A DNA stretch of 64,000 nucleotides, taken from assembly GCA_965219085.1 (NCBI GenBank), contig OZ244720.1:1995429-2059428 (forward strand), written 5' to 3'. The stretch comes from Dehalococcoidia bacterium (lineage in GTDB: Bacteria; Chloroflexota; Dehalococcoidia; UBA2979). Below, in pieces: positions 49,708 to 58,408 of this stretch. Position numbers and translations under genes: made by a program. The notes under the pieces were generated by a model that saw only the letters and a program-made list of their open reading frames with translations, did not search any database and was not told the DNA's origin. Every line of letters begins with the position of its first letter. The first letter of the stretch is position 1.

Positions 49708-50868
49708 ATGGACTTCGAGATGCCGGCGGAGGTGCTCGACTTCCGCAAGCAGGTGCAGGACTTCATCGCCTCGCACCGCACACCCGAACTCGACGCCGAG
49801 ATCGCCGAGAGCCACATCCACGGCTACGGCCCCGCGTCGCAGGGCTTCATGCGCGCGATGGCGCAGGAAGGCCTCGCCGCCGTCGCATGGCCCGAGGAGT
49901 ACGGCGGCCAGGGCAAGGGCGCGCTCTTCCTGTGGACCCTCGCCGAGGAGTGCGCGCGTGAGGACGTGCCGTTCGACAACCTCACCTTCATCTCCGTCGG
50001 CCCGAGCATCATGCGCAACGGCACGGAGGAGCAGAAGCAGGAGATCCTCCCCAAGGTGCTCAGGGGCGAGATCAACTTCGCCCTCGGATACACCGAGCCG
50101 AACGCCGGCACCGACCTCGCCTCGCTACAGACGCGCGCCGTCCGCGACGGCGACGAGTGGGTGATCAACGGGCAGAAGATCTACACCTCGTCTGCCCACC
50201 TCGCGACGCACGTCTGGCTCGCGGCGCGGACCGAGCCGGATGCGCCGAAGCATCGCGGCATCTCGACCTTCGTGCTGCCGCTCAACACCCCCGGCATCAC
50301 CGTTCGCCCGCTGTGGATCATGGGCGAGGGCCGCACCAACGAGACCTTCTGGGAGGACGTGCGTATCCCCGCCGACTCGCTGATCGGCGAGGAGAACCGC
50401 GGCTGGTACATCGTCAGCGGCGCTCTCGACCTCGAGCGTGTGGCCATCGGCACCTACCGCCCGCTCGAGAAGACGGTCGAGGACATGGTGGCGCACATCA
50501 AGGAGGCGCGGCCCGAGCTCCAGGACGACGCCTTCGCCCGCCAGGCGGTGGCCGACGCGCTCATGCGCGTCGAGGTCGCCCGCGCGCTCGCGACGAACAA
50601 CGCCGCGATGGTGCACAGCGACCTGATCCCGACGATGGAAGCCTCGATGGGCAAGGTCTGGACGACGGACTCCCGCGAGCGCGTGAACGACGCCTTCATG
50701 GACATCCTCGGCCGCACCGGCGGGATGCAGGCCGGCGTCGAGGACGCCCCGCTCGACGGCGCGCTCGATGCGGCGTGGCGCGGTTCCCCGGTGGGACGTT
50801 TCGGCGGAGGCACCAACGACATCCAGCGGCGCATCATCGCGACCCGCGGCCTCGGGCTGCCTCGCTAG
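49708..50868 (+). CDS. acyl-CoA dehydrogenase (first of an adjacent pair)
   Basis: 386 aa; ..YGGQGKGALF.., ..NGQKIYTSSAH.., C-terminus ..IQRRIIATRGLGLPR. Confidence 0.85.
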   Translation: MDFEMPAEVLDFRKQVQDFIASHRTPELDAEIAESHIHGYGPASQGFMRAMAQEGLAAVAWPEEYGGQGKGALFLWTLAEECAREDVPFDNLTFISVGPSIMRNGTEEQKQEILPKVLRGEINFALGYTEPNAGTDLASLQTRAVRDGDEWVINGQKIYTSSAHLATHVWLAARTEPDAPKHRGISTFVLPLNTPGITVRPLWIMGEGRTNETFWEDVRIPADSLIGEENRGWYIVSGALDLERVAIGTYRPLEKTVEDMVAHIKEARPELQDDAFARQAVADALMRVEVARALATNNAAMVHSDLIPTMEASMGKVWTTDSRERVNDAFMDILGRTGGMQAGVEDAPLDGALDAAWRGSPVGRFGGGTNDIQRRIIATRGLGLPR

Positions 50869-50877
50869 GAGGACGAC

Positions 50878-51951
50878 ATGGATATCCGTCTCAGCGAGCT
50901 GCAGGAGTTGCTCCGCACCAACGCGCAGGAGTTCTTCGAGCGCGAGGTCACCTTCGAGCGCATCCGCGAGATCGAGGCAGCCGACACGCCCGACATGCAA
51001 CTGTGGGACCAGATGGTCGAGCTCGGCTGGACCTCGCTGCCCATCGCCGAGGAGTACGGCGGTCAGGGCGGCACCCTGCTCGACACCTCGATCCTCGTCA
51101 ACGAGGCCTGCCGCGCCGCCTTGCCGAGCCCCTTCACCTCGACGCTGATCGCGGCCGTTGCCGTGCAGCGCCACGGCTCCGAGGACCTCAAGCAAGCTCT
51201 GCTGCCGCGCCTCGCCGACGGCCTCGCGATCTCCTCGGCGGTGCTCGAGGCCGACGACGCCATCTACGGCGAACCGCAGACGACGTCCGACGGCTCGACC
51301 GTCAGCGGCGAGAAGCGCTTCGTCGAGTTCGGCGCGACGAGCGACGTGCACCTGGTCACGGCGACGCGTAACGGCTCGCAGGGCATCGCGGTGGTGTCGC
51401 GCGACCAGGCCGGCGTGGAGCTGTCGCCCGTCCAGACGATCGGCGCGATTCCCCAGGCCCACGTCCGCTACGACGGCGCCGCCGTCGACGGCTGGATCGA
51501 GGGCGCGGAGGCCGTCGATGGCCTGCGCGACCTCGGCACGGCGCTCACGGCGTTCGAGGCCTACGCGTACGCGCAGAAGGCGCTCGACCTCACCATCGAC
51601 TACGTGCAGCTGCGCGTCCAGTTCGGCCAGCCGCTCGGCGCGTTCCAGGCGGTGCAGATGCACTGCGCCGACATGGCGACGCTCGTCGAAGGCTCGCGCT
51701 TCCTCGCGCAGGAGCTGCTATGGAACCTCGACCAGGGCGAGGTGACGCGCCGCGACGTGGCGATCGTGAAGGCGATCACCTCGAAGATGGCGCCGCAGGT
51801 GCTGCAGGACTGCCACATGCTGCACGGCGGCATCGGCTACATGCAGGAGTACGACCTGCACTTCTTCACGCGGCGCGGCAAGGAAGCCTCGCTGCGCTGG
51901 GGCTCCGCCCGCGAGGCGATGAACGTCGTCGTGGACGCCGCCTTCGCGTAG
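50878..51951 (+). CDS. acyl-CoA dehydrogenase-fold protein (second of the pair, shorter, possible beta subunit)
   Basis: 357 aa; ACAD fold (..EEYGGQGGTLLD.., ..MLHGGIGYMQEYDLHFFTRR..); 9-bp spacing from the upstream ACAD gene. Confidence 0.75.
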   Translation: MDIRLSELQELLRTNAQEFFEREVTFERIREIEAADTPDMQLWDQMVELGWTSLPIAEEYGGQGGTLLDTSILVNEACRAALPSPFTSTLIAAVAVQRHGSEDLKQALLPRLADGLAISSAVLEADDAIYGEPQTTSDGSTVSGEKRFVEFGATSDVHLVTATRNGSQGIAVVSRDQAGVELSPVQTIGAIPQAHVRYDGAAVDGWIEGAEAVDGLRDLGTALTAFEAYAYAQKALDLTIDYVQLRVQFGQPLGAFQAVQMHCADMATLVEGSRFLAQELLWNLDQGEVTRRDVAIVKAITSKMAPQVLQDCHMLHGGIGYMQEYDLHFFTRRGKEASLRWGSAREAMNVVVDAAFA

Positions 51952-51972
51952 CGACTGGCAGCACGGACGGCG

Positions 51973-52584
51973 GTGGGCAGCGTCGAGCTATTGCGGGAGC
52001 GTGGTGCTGCCGTGTCTGTTGATCGGATGACCAACTGGCAGATCGCTGCCCTCGCCCTCTACTCGCTGGGTGGAGCAACCTCGCGGCAACACCAAGAGGA
52101 TGTCGCCGTGAAGTGCTATGAGTTTGCCCCTCGGAGATTTCGGTGGGAGAAGTACGAGTACCCGAACCTCGATATCGTCGGCAAGGCGCTGCGTGACGCG
52201 AAGCACGTCAAGAATGGCAGCCTTGTCAGTGGCGATAAGCGCCTTGGCTGGCTCCTGAGTCCTGCTGGTGTCGACTGGGCATCCCGGAATGGGCCAGCTG
52301 GTCGGGACATGGACGACGGCGGCTCGTCTGTACTGCCTGCGGCCGAGGGCAGAGAGTTGCGGCTACTGAAGTCACACCAACTGTTCGGGGGGTGGGAGGC
52401 CGGGAGCGAAGCGGTGTCCGTCTTCCTGGTAGCCGACGCAGTCGGCCTCACGGCAGACGCGCCGATTCAATCGATCGCGCGGCGCATCACGGAGCTGCAA
52501 AGCGCCGCCCGAGCCGGGCGGCAACGCGATGTGGAAGGATTCTTGAGATGGCTCATGGACAGCCTGAACGCGTCAAGCTCGTAA
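51973..52584 (+). CDS. hypothetical protein, first gene of the low-GC island
   Basis: 203 aa, no recognisable motif; local GC is about 58% against about 72% in flanking genes; 3' end overlaps the next ORF. Confidence 0.5.
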   Translation: MGSVELLRERGAAVSVDRMTNWQIAALALYSLGGATSRQHQEDVAVKCYEFAPRRFRWEKYEYPNLDIVGKALRDAKHVKNGSLVSGDKRLGWLLSPAGVDWASRNGPAGRDMDDGGSSVLPAAEGRELRLLKSHQLFGGWEAGSEAVSVFLVADAVGLTADAPIQSIARRITELQSAARAGRQRDVEGFLRWLMDSLNASSS

Positions 52585-53686
52585 CGACTCAACGCGCCCA
52601 TCAGCAGGATGCCGCAAACGCGATGGGCTCGGATCCTATCAAGGCGATTATTGAGTTGGTGACCAATGCTGACGATGCCTACGACGGCGTTACAACGAAC
52701 CGCAAGGGGAAGATTCGGATCGAATGGGAGCGACACCGCAAGACCCCGACGGTCCTCCGTGTCCTCGACCGCGCCCGCGGGATGACAAGGGATGAGATGC
52801 TTGAGCGACTCGGCAGGCTCGGCGAACGCACAAGCGGATTTGAGCATGGCGCACAACGCCGGGGCTTCTTCGGCCGGGGCGGGAAGGACGTGGCGCACTT
52901 CGGGCCAGTGCGGTGGGAATCGAAGCGGAGCGGCGAGCACACCGGATTCGAGATCGAGTACAAATCCGGGGCCTCGGTTGACGCCCTCGTATACGAGCTC
53001 CCGGCAGTCGAGTCCCGCGACACGGGCACAACAGTCACTCTTGAGATTCAGCCTCGCTTCCAAAGTCCGCTGGAGTCGACCCTCATGGACAGACTCAAGC
53101 GGCACTATGCCCTGCGGCCGATACTTGACGACCGTCGCAACCGCGAGATTACCCTGAACGATCAGAAGGTCGTGTTCGAGCCACCTCGGGGCAGATTGCT
53201 CCTCGATCGCGAGAAGCACTCGATCCGGGGCTACGATGGTTTCGAGTGCGTCATCACGATTACGGAGTGCGCTGAGTCTCTCGACGATGACCAGTCCCCA
53301 GATTACTGGCGGCACTCGCTCCTGATCACGTCGGGGCGTGCAGCGTATGAGGTCTTTCAGGGCGGCAAGTTCTCACGCGGCCCGCATGCTCAATACCTGG
53401 GAAGGCTCTTCGGCACTGTTGACGTACCCGGCATCAACGAACTCATCCGCGAGCATGATGACCGTGTCGAGGCCGGGCTCGACCCGACCGAAACGCGATG
53501 CTGGCCGAAATCCTTGCCTCGACAGTAGTGCGGAGTAGGCTGCAGGAGAAGTATCAGGAGCGCCACGACGTAGCACGGCTATTCTTCGAGTACCAGAACG
53601 ACCTCGCGAAACTGTTGCCGCGCGTGCATGCCGCGCTCGTTCCCGCAGCCGAGCGCCGCAGCGTTGAGCCATGGCGACAAGGCTGA
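52546..53686 (+). CDS. GHKL-superfamily (Bergerat-fold, HATPase_c-like) ATPase; C-terminus reached through a +1 frame change near 53480
   Basis: N-box IIELVTNADDAY, G1 box VLDRARGMTRDE, G2 box GFFGRGGKDVAHFG; the frame ends ..DPTETRCWPKSLPRQ* at 53528 but the +1 frame continues protein-like (..MLAEILASTVVRSRLQEKYQERHDVARLFFEYQNDLAKLLPRV..) to 53686. Confidence 0.6.
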
Positions 53687-53711
53687 GTGCTGAGGCGCCC
53701 ACAGCCCCTGG

Positions 53712-54911
53712 TCAGGCGACGACGCCCCTCGCCTTGAGCGCCGCGATCGACTCGGCGGACTCGCCGAGCTCGGCGAGCACCTCGTCGGTGTGCCGGCCGA
53801 GGTGCGCAGGGGCGCTGCGCACGTTGCCCGGTGTGCCCAGCAGCTTCGGCGCGACGCCGACGTGGCGCACGGTCCCCGCGCCCACGCCCTCGCCCTCCAC
53901 CTCGATCGCCATCTCGCGCTCCCGCTGGTGGGGGTCGTCGAGCATCTCGTCGAGGTCGAGCACGGGCGTCAGGCATGCGTCGAGGTGGCCGAAGTCGGCG
54001 AACCACTCGTCGCGCGGGCGTTCGCGGAAGCGTGCTGCGAAGGCGGCCTGCATCCCGGCCTGGCGGTCGGGATCGTTCTGGTGCGGGACGAACTCCTCGA
54101 AGCCGAGCGCCTTGCACAGCTCCTCGAAGAAGTAGGGCTCGATCGCGCCGACGCTGATCCAGCGGCCGTCGGCGCACTCGTAGACCTGGTAGTAGCAGCG
54201 CGCGCCGGCGAGCGTGTGGTCGCCGCGGCGCGGCGGCCCGGCCCCGGCGAGCATCGTCGCGACGTGCGAGATCATGAGCGAGGCGACGCCGTCCGACATC
54301 GCGGCGTCGACGTCCTGGCCGTGGCCGGTGCGCTCGCGCGCCTGTAGCGCGAGCACGATGCCGAACGCGGCCATCAGCCCGCCGCCGGCGAAGTCGGCGA
54401 TGATGTTGAGCGGGATCACCGGGTCGCCCTGCACGTTCCCGATCGACCCGAGCGCGCCGCCGATCGAGATGTAGTTGATGTCGTGCCCGGCGCGCGGCTC
54501 ATATGGTCCGGTGCGCCCGAAGCCCGACACCGAGCACGTGATGATGCGCGGGTTGATAGCCTCGAGGCTCGCGTAGTCGATGCCGAGGCGGTTCGTGACG
54601 CCCGGCCGGAAGCCGTCGATGACCACGTCGGAGCGCTCGACCAGGGCCCGGAAGATGCGCTGGCCGTCCTCGTCGCGGAGGTTGATGGCTGTGCCGCGCT
54701 TGTTGCGCCGGATCGCGTCGTGGGCGAGCGCGCGCGCCGCCTCCTCGGTCTCGGGCGCGCCGGCGCGCACGTTGAAGCGGGCGACGGCGCCCGGCGGCAC
54801 CTCGACCATGAACACGTCGGCGCCGAAGTCGGCGAGAAGCATGGAGGCGTACTGGCCGGGCGGGGTGCGGGACAGGTCGAGGACGCGAACGCCCTCCAGC
54901 GCCATGGTCAT
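53712..54911 (-). CDS. mcr: alpha-methylacyl-CoA racemase (family-III CoA-transferase fold)
   Basis: ..GHDINYISIGGALGSIG.., ..PLNIIADFAGGGLMAAFGIVLAL.., ..YYQVYECADGRWISVGAIEPYFFEEL.., ..FADFGHLDACLTPVLDLDEM.. match Mcr-type racemases. Confidence 0.8.
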   Translation of the reverse strand: MTMALEGVRVLDLSRTPPGQYASMLLADFGADVFMVEVPPGAVARFNVRAGAPETEEAARALAHDAIRRNKRGTAINLRDEDGQRIFRALVERSDVVIDGFRPGVTNRLGIDYASLEAINPRIITCSVSGFGRTGPYEPRAGHDINYISIGGALGSIGNVQGDPVIPLNIIADFAGGGLMAAFGIVLALQARERTGHGQDVDAAMSDGVASLMISHVATMLAGAGPPRRGDHTLAGARCYYQVYECADGRWISVGAIEPYFFEELCKALGFEEFVPHQNDPDRQAGMQAAFAARFRERPRDEWFADFGHLDACLTPVLDLDEMLDDPHQREREMAIEVEGEGVGAGTVRHVGVAPKLLGTPGNVRSAPAHLGRHTDEVLAELGESAESIAALKARGVVA

Positions 54912-55109
54912 GGGGTGCCTCCTCGGTGCGCTACGGGTCGTTGCAGGCCCGTGTCGCGAGGAGGGTAGCTCGTGGCGCTGTGCGGGACGAGGGGCGCGAG
55001 GCGCCTGGAGGCTCGGGCTTATTTGCGTTGGATGGCCGAAACGAAAATCACAGCACTCGCTATTTTCGTCGGCGCTAACACACGGCGCCGAGGCTGGCCC
55101 CGGAGGAGG

Positions 55110-55400
55110 TTACAGTCGTTCCCGAAGAGTCGCGGCTTCCAGCCGCCGTGACTGCTCGGCACGCCCGTCGACAACGGCCACGCCTTCCTGTCGAAGCAGC
55201 TCGACCGGATCACGAGAGTCGACCGGGTCGCTCCAGTGGAAGCCTTCGGCGACCGAGCCGCCCGCCGTCAGTACACGGTGGGCAGCGGAGCATTGGTTGC
55301 AGGCGGTGATGTGTCCGCCCACGGCACGAGCCGAACTGCCAATCGCATCCGCGAGGTCCCCGTAGGTCGTCCACTCACCCGACTGTACTTGATCCAGCAG
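55110..55400 (-). pseudogene. alkyltransferase-like (ATL) protein, MGMT/Ogt DNA-binding domain lacking the reactive Cys; no usable start codon in frame
   Basis: ..GEWTTYGDLADAIGSSARAVGGHITACNQCSAAHRVLTAGGSVAEGFHWSD..; AHRV replaces PCHRV; the in-frame stretch begins right after a TGA without ATG/GTG/TTG, and an upstream ATG exists only in another frame. Confidence 0.55.
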
Positions 55401-55590
55401 ACGGTGAAGGCCGGATCAATCCCGAGGTTCAGCGCTGCGTCCGCGCACTTCGCCCGCCAAGGCAGACAAAGTTTGGCCGTCCGCCCATCCATGCTCTCGG
55501 TCCCTGAATGACCCTCGGGCGCTCACCAGTCGCTCGCTCCACGATCTCCTTCGCCAGTCCGGTGGGGCTCCAATGTTCCCCGTCGACCAT

Positions 55591-56469
55591 CTAGGTAAGT
55601 GGCGTTGAAGGATGGTTTCGCCAGGTCACATGAGAGCGCTGGGGATCGGCCTTGAGCCATTCCGCAACCCGCTCACGCCATAGAGGCCGAATGCCGCGGG
55701 GCGCAAGCTCGACCAACGCCCCGTCTTCAATGAGCCCGGCGTCGACTAGCCTTGCGACGGCGCGTGTTTCACGGCGCGTGTGTGATCGCTCGTCCGTTGC
55801 TCGTTGCTCCATTTCGCGAGGCGAGACGGTGAAGTCCTCGACCTCCTGCAATGGCCAGACCTGCGAGACCGAGAGCACGACGTCGTGCTCGGTGCGGTAA
55901 GCGTTGAACTCGATCAACGAGACCTCAACGCCCATCTCGGTCAGCCAGACGGCGCTCGCGGTGACTTGCGGCGGGAAGCTCGCCGCCACCAGAGCGATGC
56001 GTGGCCGCCGGAGCAAGTCCGGGTCGAGCTCACCGCCGGCGTGCTCCTCGAGTTGGACAAGGGCGTTCTCGGCTGACACCAACTCCGTACCCTCCCGCGA
56101 CAGGTAGTCGGCGTGCCGTTCGCTGAGTGTCTCCGGCGTGAAGCGGCTCGCGAAGGCCGCGTACTTGACTGCCTGCATCCCGACAGTGTCGGGCGCCGGC
56201 CCGCGTTTCAACTCGGCCACGAGGAGCCGCCCCTCGCCGTCGAGGCCGAGCAGATCGAGGCGGTCTGCCGCGCGTCCGTCGCGCGCCTGCCATGCGGCGA
56301 ACTCGAACGTCACGATGCGGATGTCGTCGCCGAGGATCTCCGGGTTGTTGCGTACCCACTCTTGCAGGTCGGACCGCTCGCGCAGTCCCGCTTCGGCAAG
56401 GCTGATCGGTTGCGCGGGCTGCGCCGCGCCGGGCTGGACGGTGAAGATCAGCTCACTGGGCATGCGCAC
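55591..56469 (-). CDS. NucS/DUF91-like PD-(D/E)xK nuclease-family protein
   Basis: ..ERSDLQEWVRNNPEILGDDIRIV..DRLDLLGLDGEGRLLVAELKRGPAPDTVGMQAVKYAAF.. matches the DUF91 nuclease core (E..L..nP.L....iDll..d..g..vViElKr). Confidence 0.7.
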   Translation of the reverse strand: MRMPSELIFTVQPGAAQPAQPISLAEAGLRERSDLQEWVRNNPEILGDDIRIVTFEFAAWQARDGRAADRLDLLGLDGEGRLLVAELKRGPAPDTVGMQAVKYAAFASRFTPETLSERHADYLSREGTELVSAENALVQLEEHAGGELDPDLLRRPRIALVAASFPPQVTASAVWLTEMGVEVSLIEFNAYRTEHDVVLSVSQVWPLQEVEDFTVSPREMEQRATDERSHTRRETRAVARLVDAGLIEDGALVELAPRGIRPLWRERVAEWLKADPQRSHVTWRNHPSTPLT

Positions 56470-56654
56470 CTCCCGCGCTGATGCAGGCTACGCAACGAGC
56501 GTGATGATGTCACGGTGCGGGGTGGGTGAAGATGTAGCGCAGGTTCTCGCGCTTGGATGGCGAAGTTCGCGCGCGTCTGCTCCCTGGTGAGCCGGCCCCC
56601 GTAATCGGATTGGCGCGAGCTGCGACGCCGATATGTGTAGCCACTCACAGGACG

Positions 56655-56739
56655 GCACAGCAAGACGCCCGCCTGAGGGCGGGTGTCCCTGTGCGTTGCG
56701 GCTGGAGCGTTGGCTGCTAGCGCGAGCCTCGCAGGCGCG
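56655..56739 (+). repeat. direct repeat copy 1 (85 bp): duplicate of the dppC 3' end (last 7 codons plus stop) and its terminator hairpin
   Basis: About 93% identical to 58325..58408; contains the GC palindrome GACGCCCGCC-TGAG-GGCGGGTGTC and a decoy ..RLRGSR* coding end. Confidence 0.85.
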
Positions 56740-56930
56740 TTGTGGGTGGTGACTCGTTCGCAAATAGCGATGGGCGCTGGTTGCGCTATCGCTAACAACG
56801 GCCACGGCAGGCATGCTCAGGTAGTGTTTGATGGGGTATTCGAAGATAACGGCGCTGACTCTTCTCGCTACCGCTAACAACAGACGCCTCCCTCGATCGT
56901 TATTTGTGATAAGGACCATGTGCGATAATA

Positions 56931-58142
56931 ATGGACTCGGAGTGCGTGTACGTTCACGAGGAAGAGCCTGTGACATCGCTGACCGAGCAGACCCGCGAGC
57001 CGCATGGCCGCATGGTGAACGGCCCCGGCGGCTATCGCGCCTACGTGCCCGCCCCGGCTCCGCCGCCCCTGACGTGGGATGTCGACCTCGTCCTGAGCCT
57101 CTCGGCCGCCGATCTGGCTGTTGGCAGACTCGCCGGCGAGGGACGACGTCTCCCGAATCCGCACATCCTGATCCGGCCATTCGTCCGCAAGGAGGCCGTC
57201 CTGTCCAGCCGTATCGAGGGGACCCAGGCCACGCTCGGCGAGTTGCTCGCCGCCGAGGCGGGCGCGTTCGTTGAGCGCAGCCGGGACGACTTGCGCGAGG
57301 TGGGGAACTATGTGGTCGCCCTCGAATACGGCGTCGCTCGTCTCGAGTCGTTGCCCGTATCGCTGCGTCTGGTGCGCGAGCTGCACGAGCGCCTCATGCG
57401 CGGCGTGCGGGGCGAGGTCGCCACCCCCGGCGAGTTTCGGCGCAGCCAGAACTGGATCGGGCCGCCGGGTAGCACGTTGAACAATGCGACCTACGTCCCG
57501 CCGCCGCCTCTGGAGTTGATGGCGTGCCTGGATGCATGGGAGCGGTTCATGCACGACGAGACGTTGCCGCCGCTGGCGCACGCCGCCATCGCACACGCCC
57601 AGTTCGAGGCAATCCACCCGTTCCTCGACGGTAACGGGCGCGTCGGGCGGCTGCTCATCACGCTGTTACTCGTCGCGCGAGGGGTGATTCCCTCTCCGCT
57701 GCTCTACCTCAGCGCGTGGTTCGAGGCCACGCGCGACGAGTACTACAGGCACCTCCTGGGCGTGACGCAGCGGGGTGAATGGGAGGAGTGGCTGACCTAC
57801 TTCCTGCGAGGCGTCGTGCGCCTGTCCGAGGATGCGCTCGGCCGGATCCAGCGTCTCGACGACCTCCTCGCCGGATGGAAGGGCGCGTTGGCGGGCGGCA
57901 GGTCGCGACAACCGGAGCAGGCGCTCGACCTCTTTGCCGAGAACCCCTTCTGGACGGTCGGGGGCGCGGCCGAACGGCTGGGGGTGGCGTTCACGACTGC
58001 CCAGCGAGCCATCGACCGACTGGTGGCAGCCGAAATGGTCGCCCAGGTGGGGGACGCTCAGCGCAACCGCGTGTATTGCGCGGGCGCCATCCTCCAACTG
58101 TTGGAGGAAGAACCGCGCTTCGCCGACGGCACGGTCTCGTGA
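56931..58142 (+). CDS. Fic-family protein (Fic_N plus FIC domain plus C-terminal winged HTH)
   Basis: Active-site motif HPFLDGNGRVGRLL; Fic_N block ..LPNPHILIRPFVRKEAVLSSRIEGTQATLGELL..; AT-rich promoter-like TTGTGA..N17..GATAAT about 30 bp upstream. Confidence 0.85.
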   Translation: MDSECVYVHEEEPVTSLTEQTREPHGRMVNGPGGYRAYVPAPAPPPLTWDVDLVLSLSAADLAVGRLAGEGRRLPNPHILIRPFVRKEAVLSSRIEGTQATLGELLAAEAGAFVERSRDDLREVGNYVVALEYGVARLESLPVSLRLVRELHERLMRGVRGEVATPGEFRRSQNWIGPPGSTLNNATYVPPPPLELMACLDAWERFMHDETLPPLAHAAIAHAQFEAIHPFLDGNGRVGRLLITLLLVARGVIPSPLLYLSAWFEATRDEYYRHLLGVTQRGEWEEWLTYFLRGVVRLSEDALGRIQRLDDLLAGWKGALAGGRSRQPEQALDLFAENPFWTVGGAAERLGVAFTTAQRAIDRLVAAEMVAQVGDAQRNRVYCAGAILQLLEEEPRFADGTVS

Positions 58143-58324
58143 GGTAATCGGCACGCCTCGCGCCGGTGCAGGCTAGGCAACGCCGGGGGCGATGTCACGG
58201 CGGAGGCAGCGCTACGTGAGCGCGTCGACCCCGCTGGGACCGTCCGTCACCCCAACTCCTCGGCTATCCGTTCGCCGGCGTCGAAGTCCTCGAAGGTCTT
58301 CAGCCCGGTGACACTTACCGGAGG

Positions 58325-58408
58325 GCACAGCAAGACGCCCGCCTGAGGGCGGGCGTCTTGTGCGTTGCGGCTGAAAGCGTGGCTGCTAGCGCGAGCCTCG
58401 CAGGCGCG
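58325..58408 (+). repeat. direct repeat copy 2 (84 bp), overlapping the authentic 3' end of the dppC paralog and its terminator
   Basis: Perfect 12-bp stem AAGACGCCCGCC-TGAG-GGCGGGCGTCTT; see copy 1. Confidence 0.85.
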
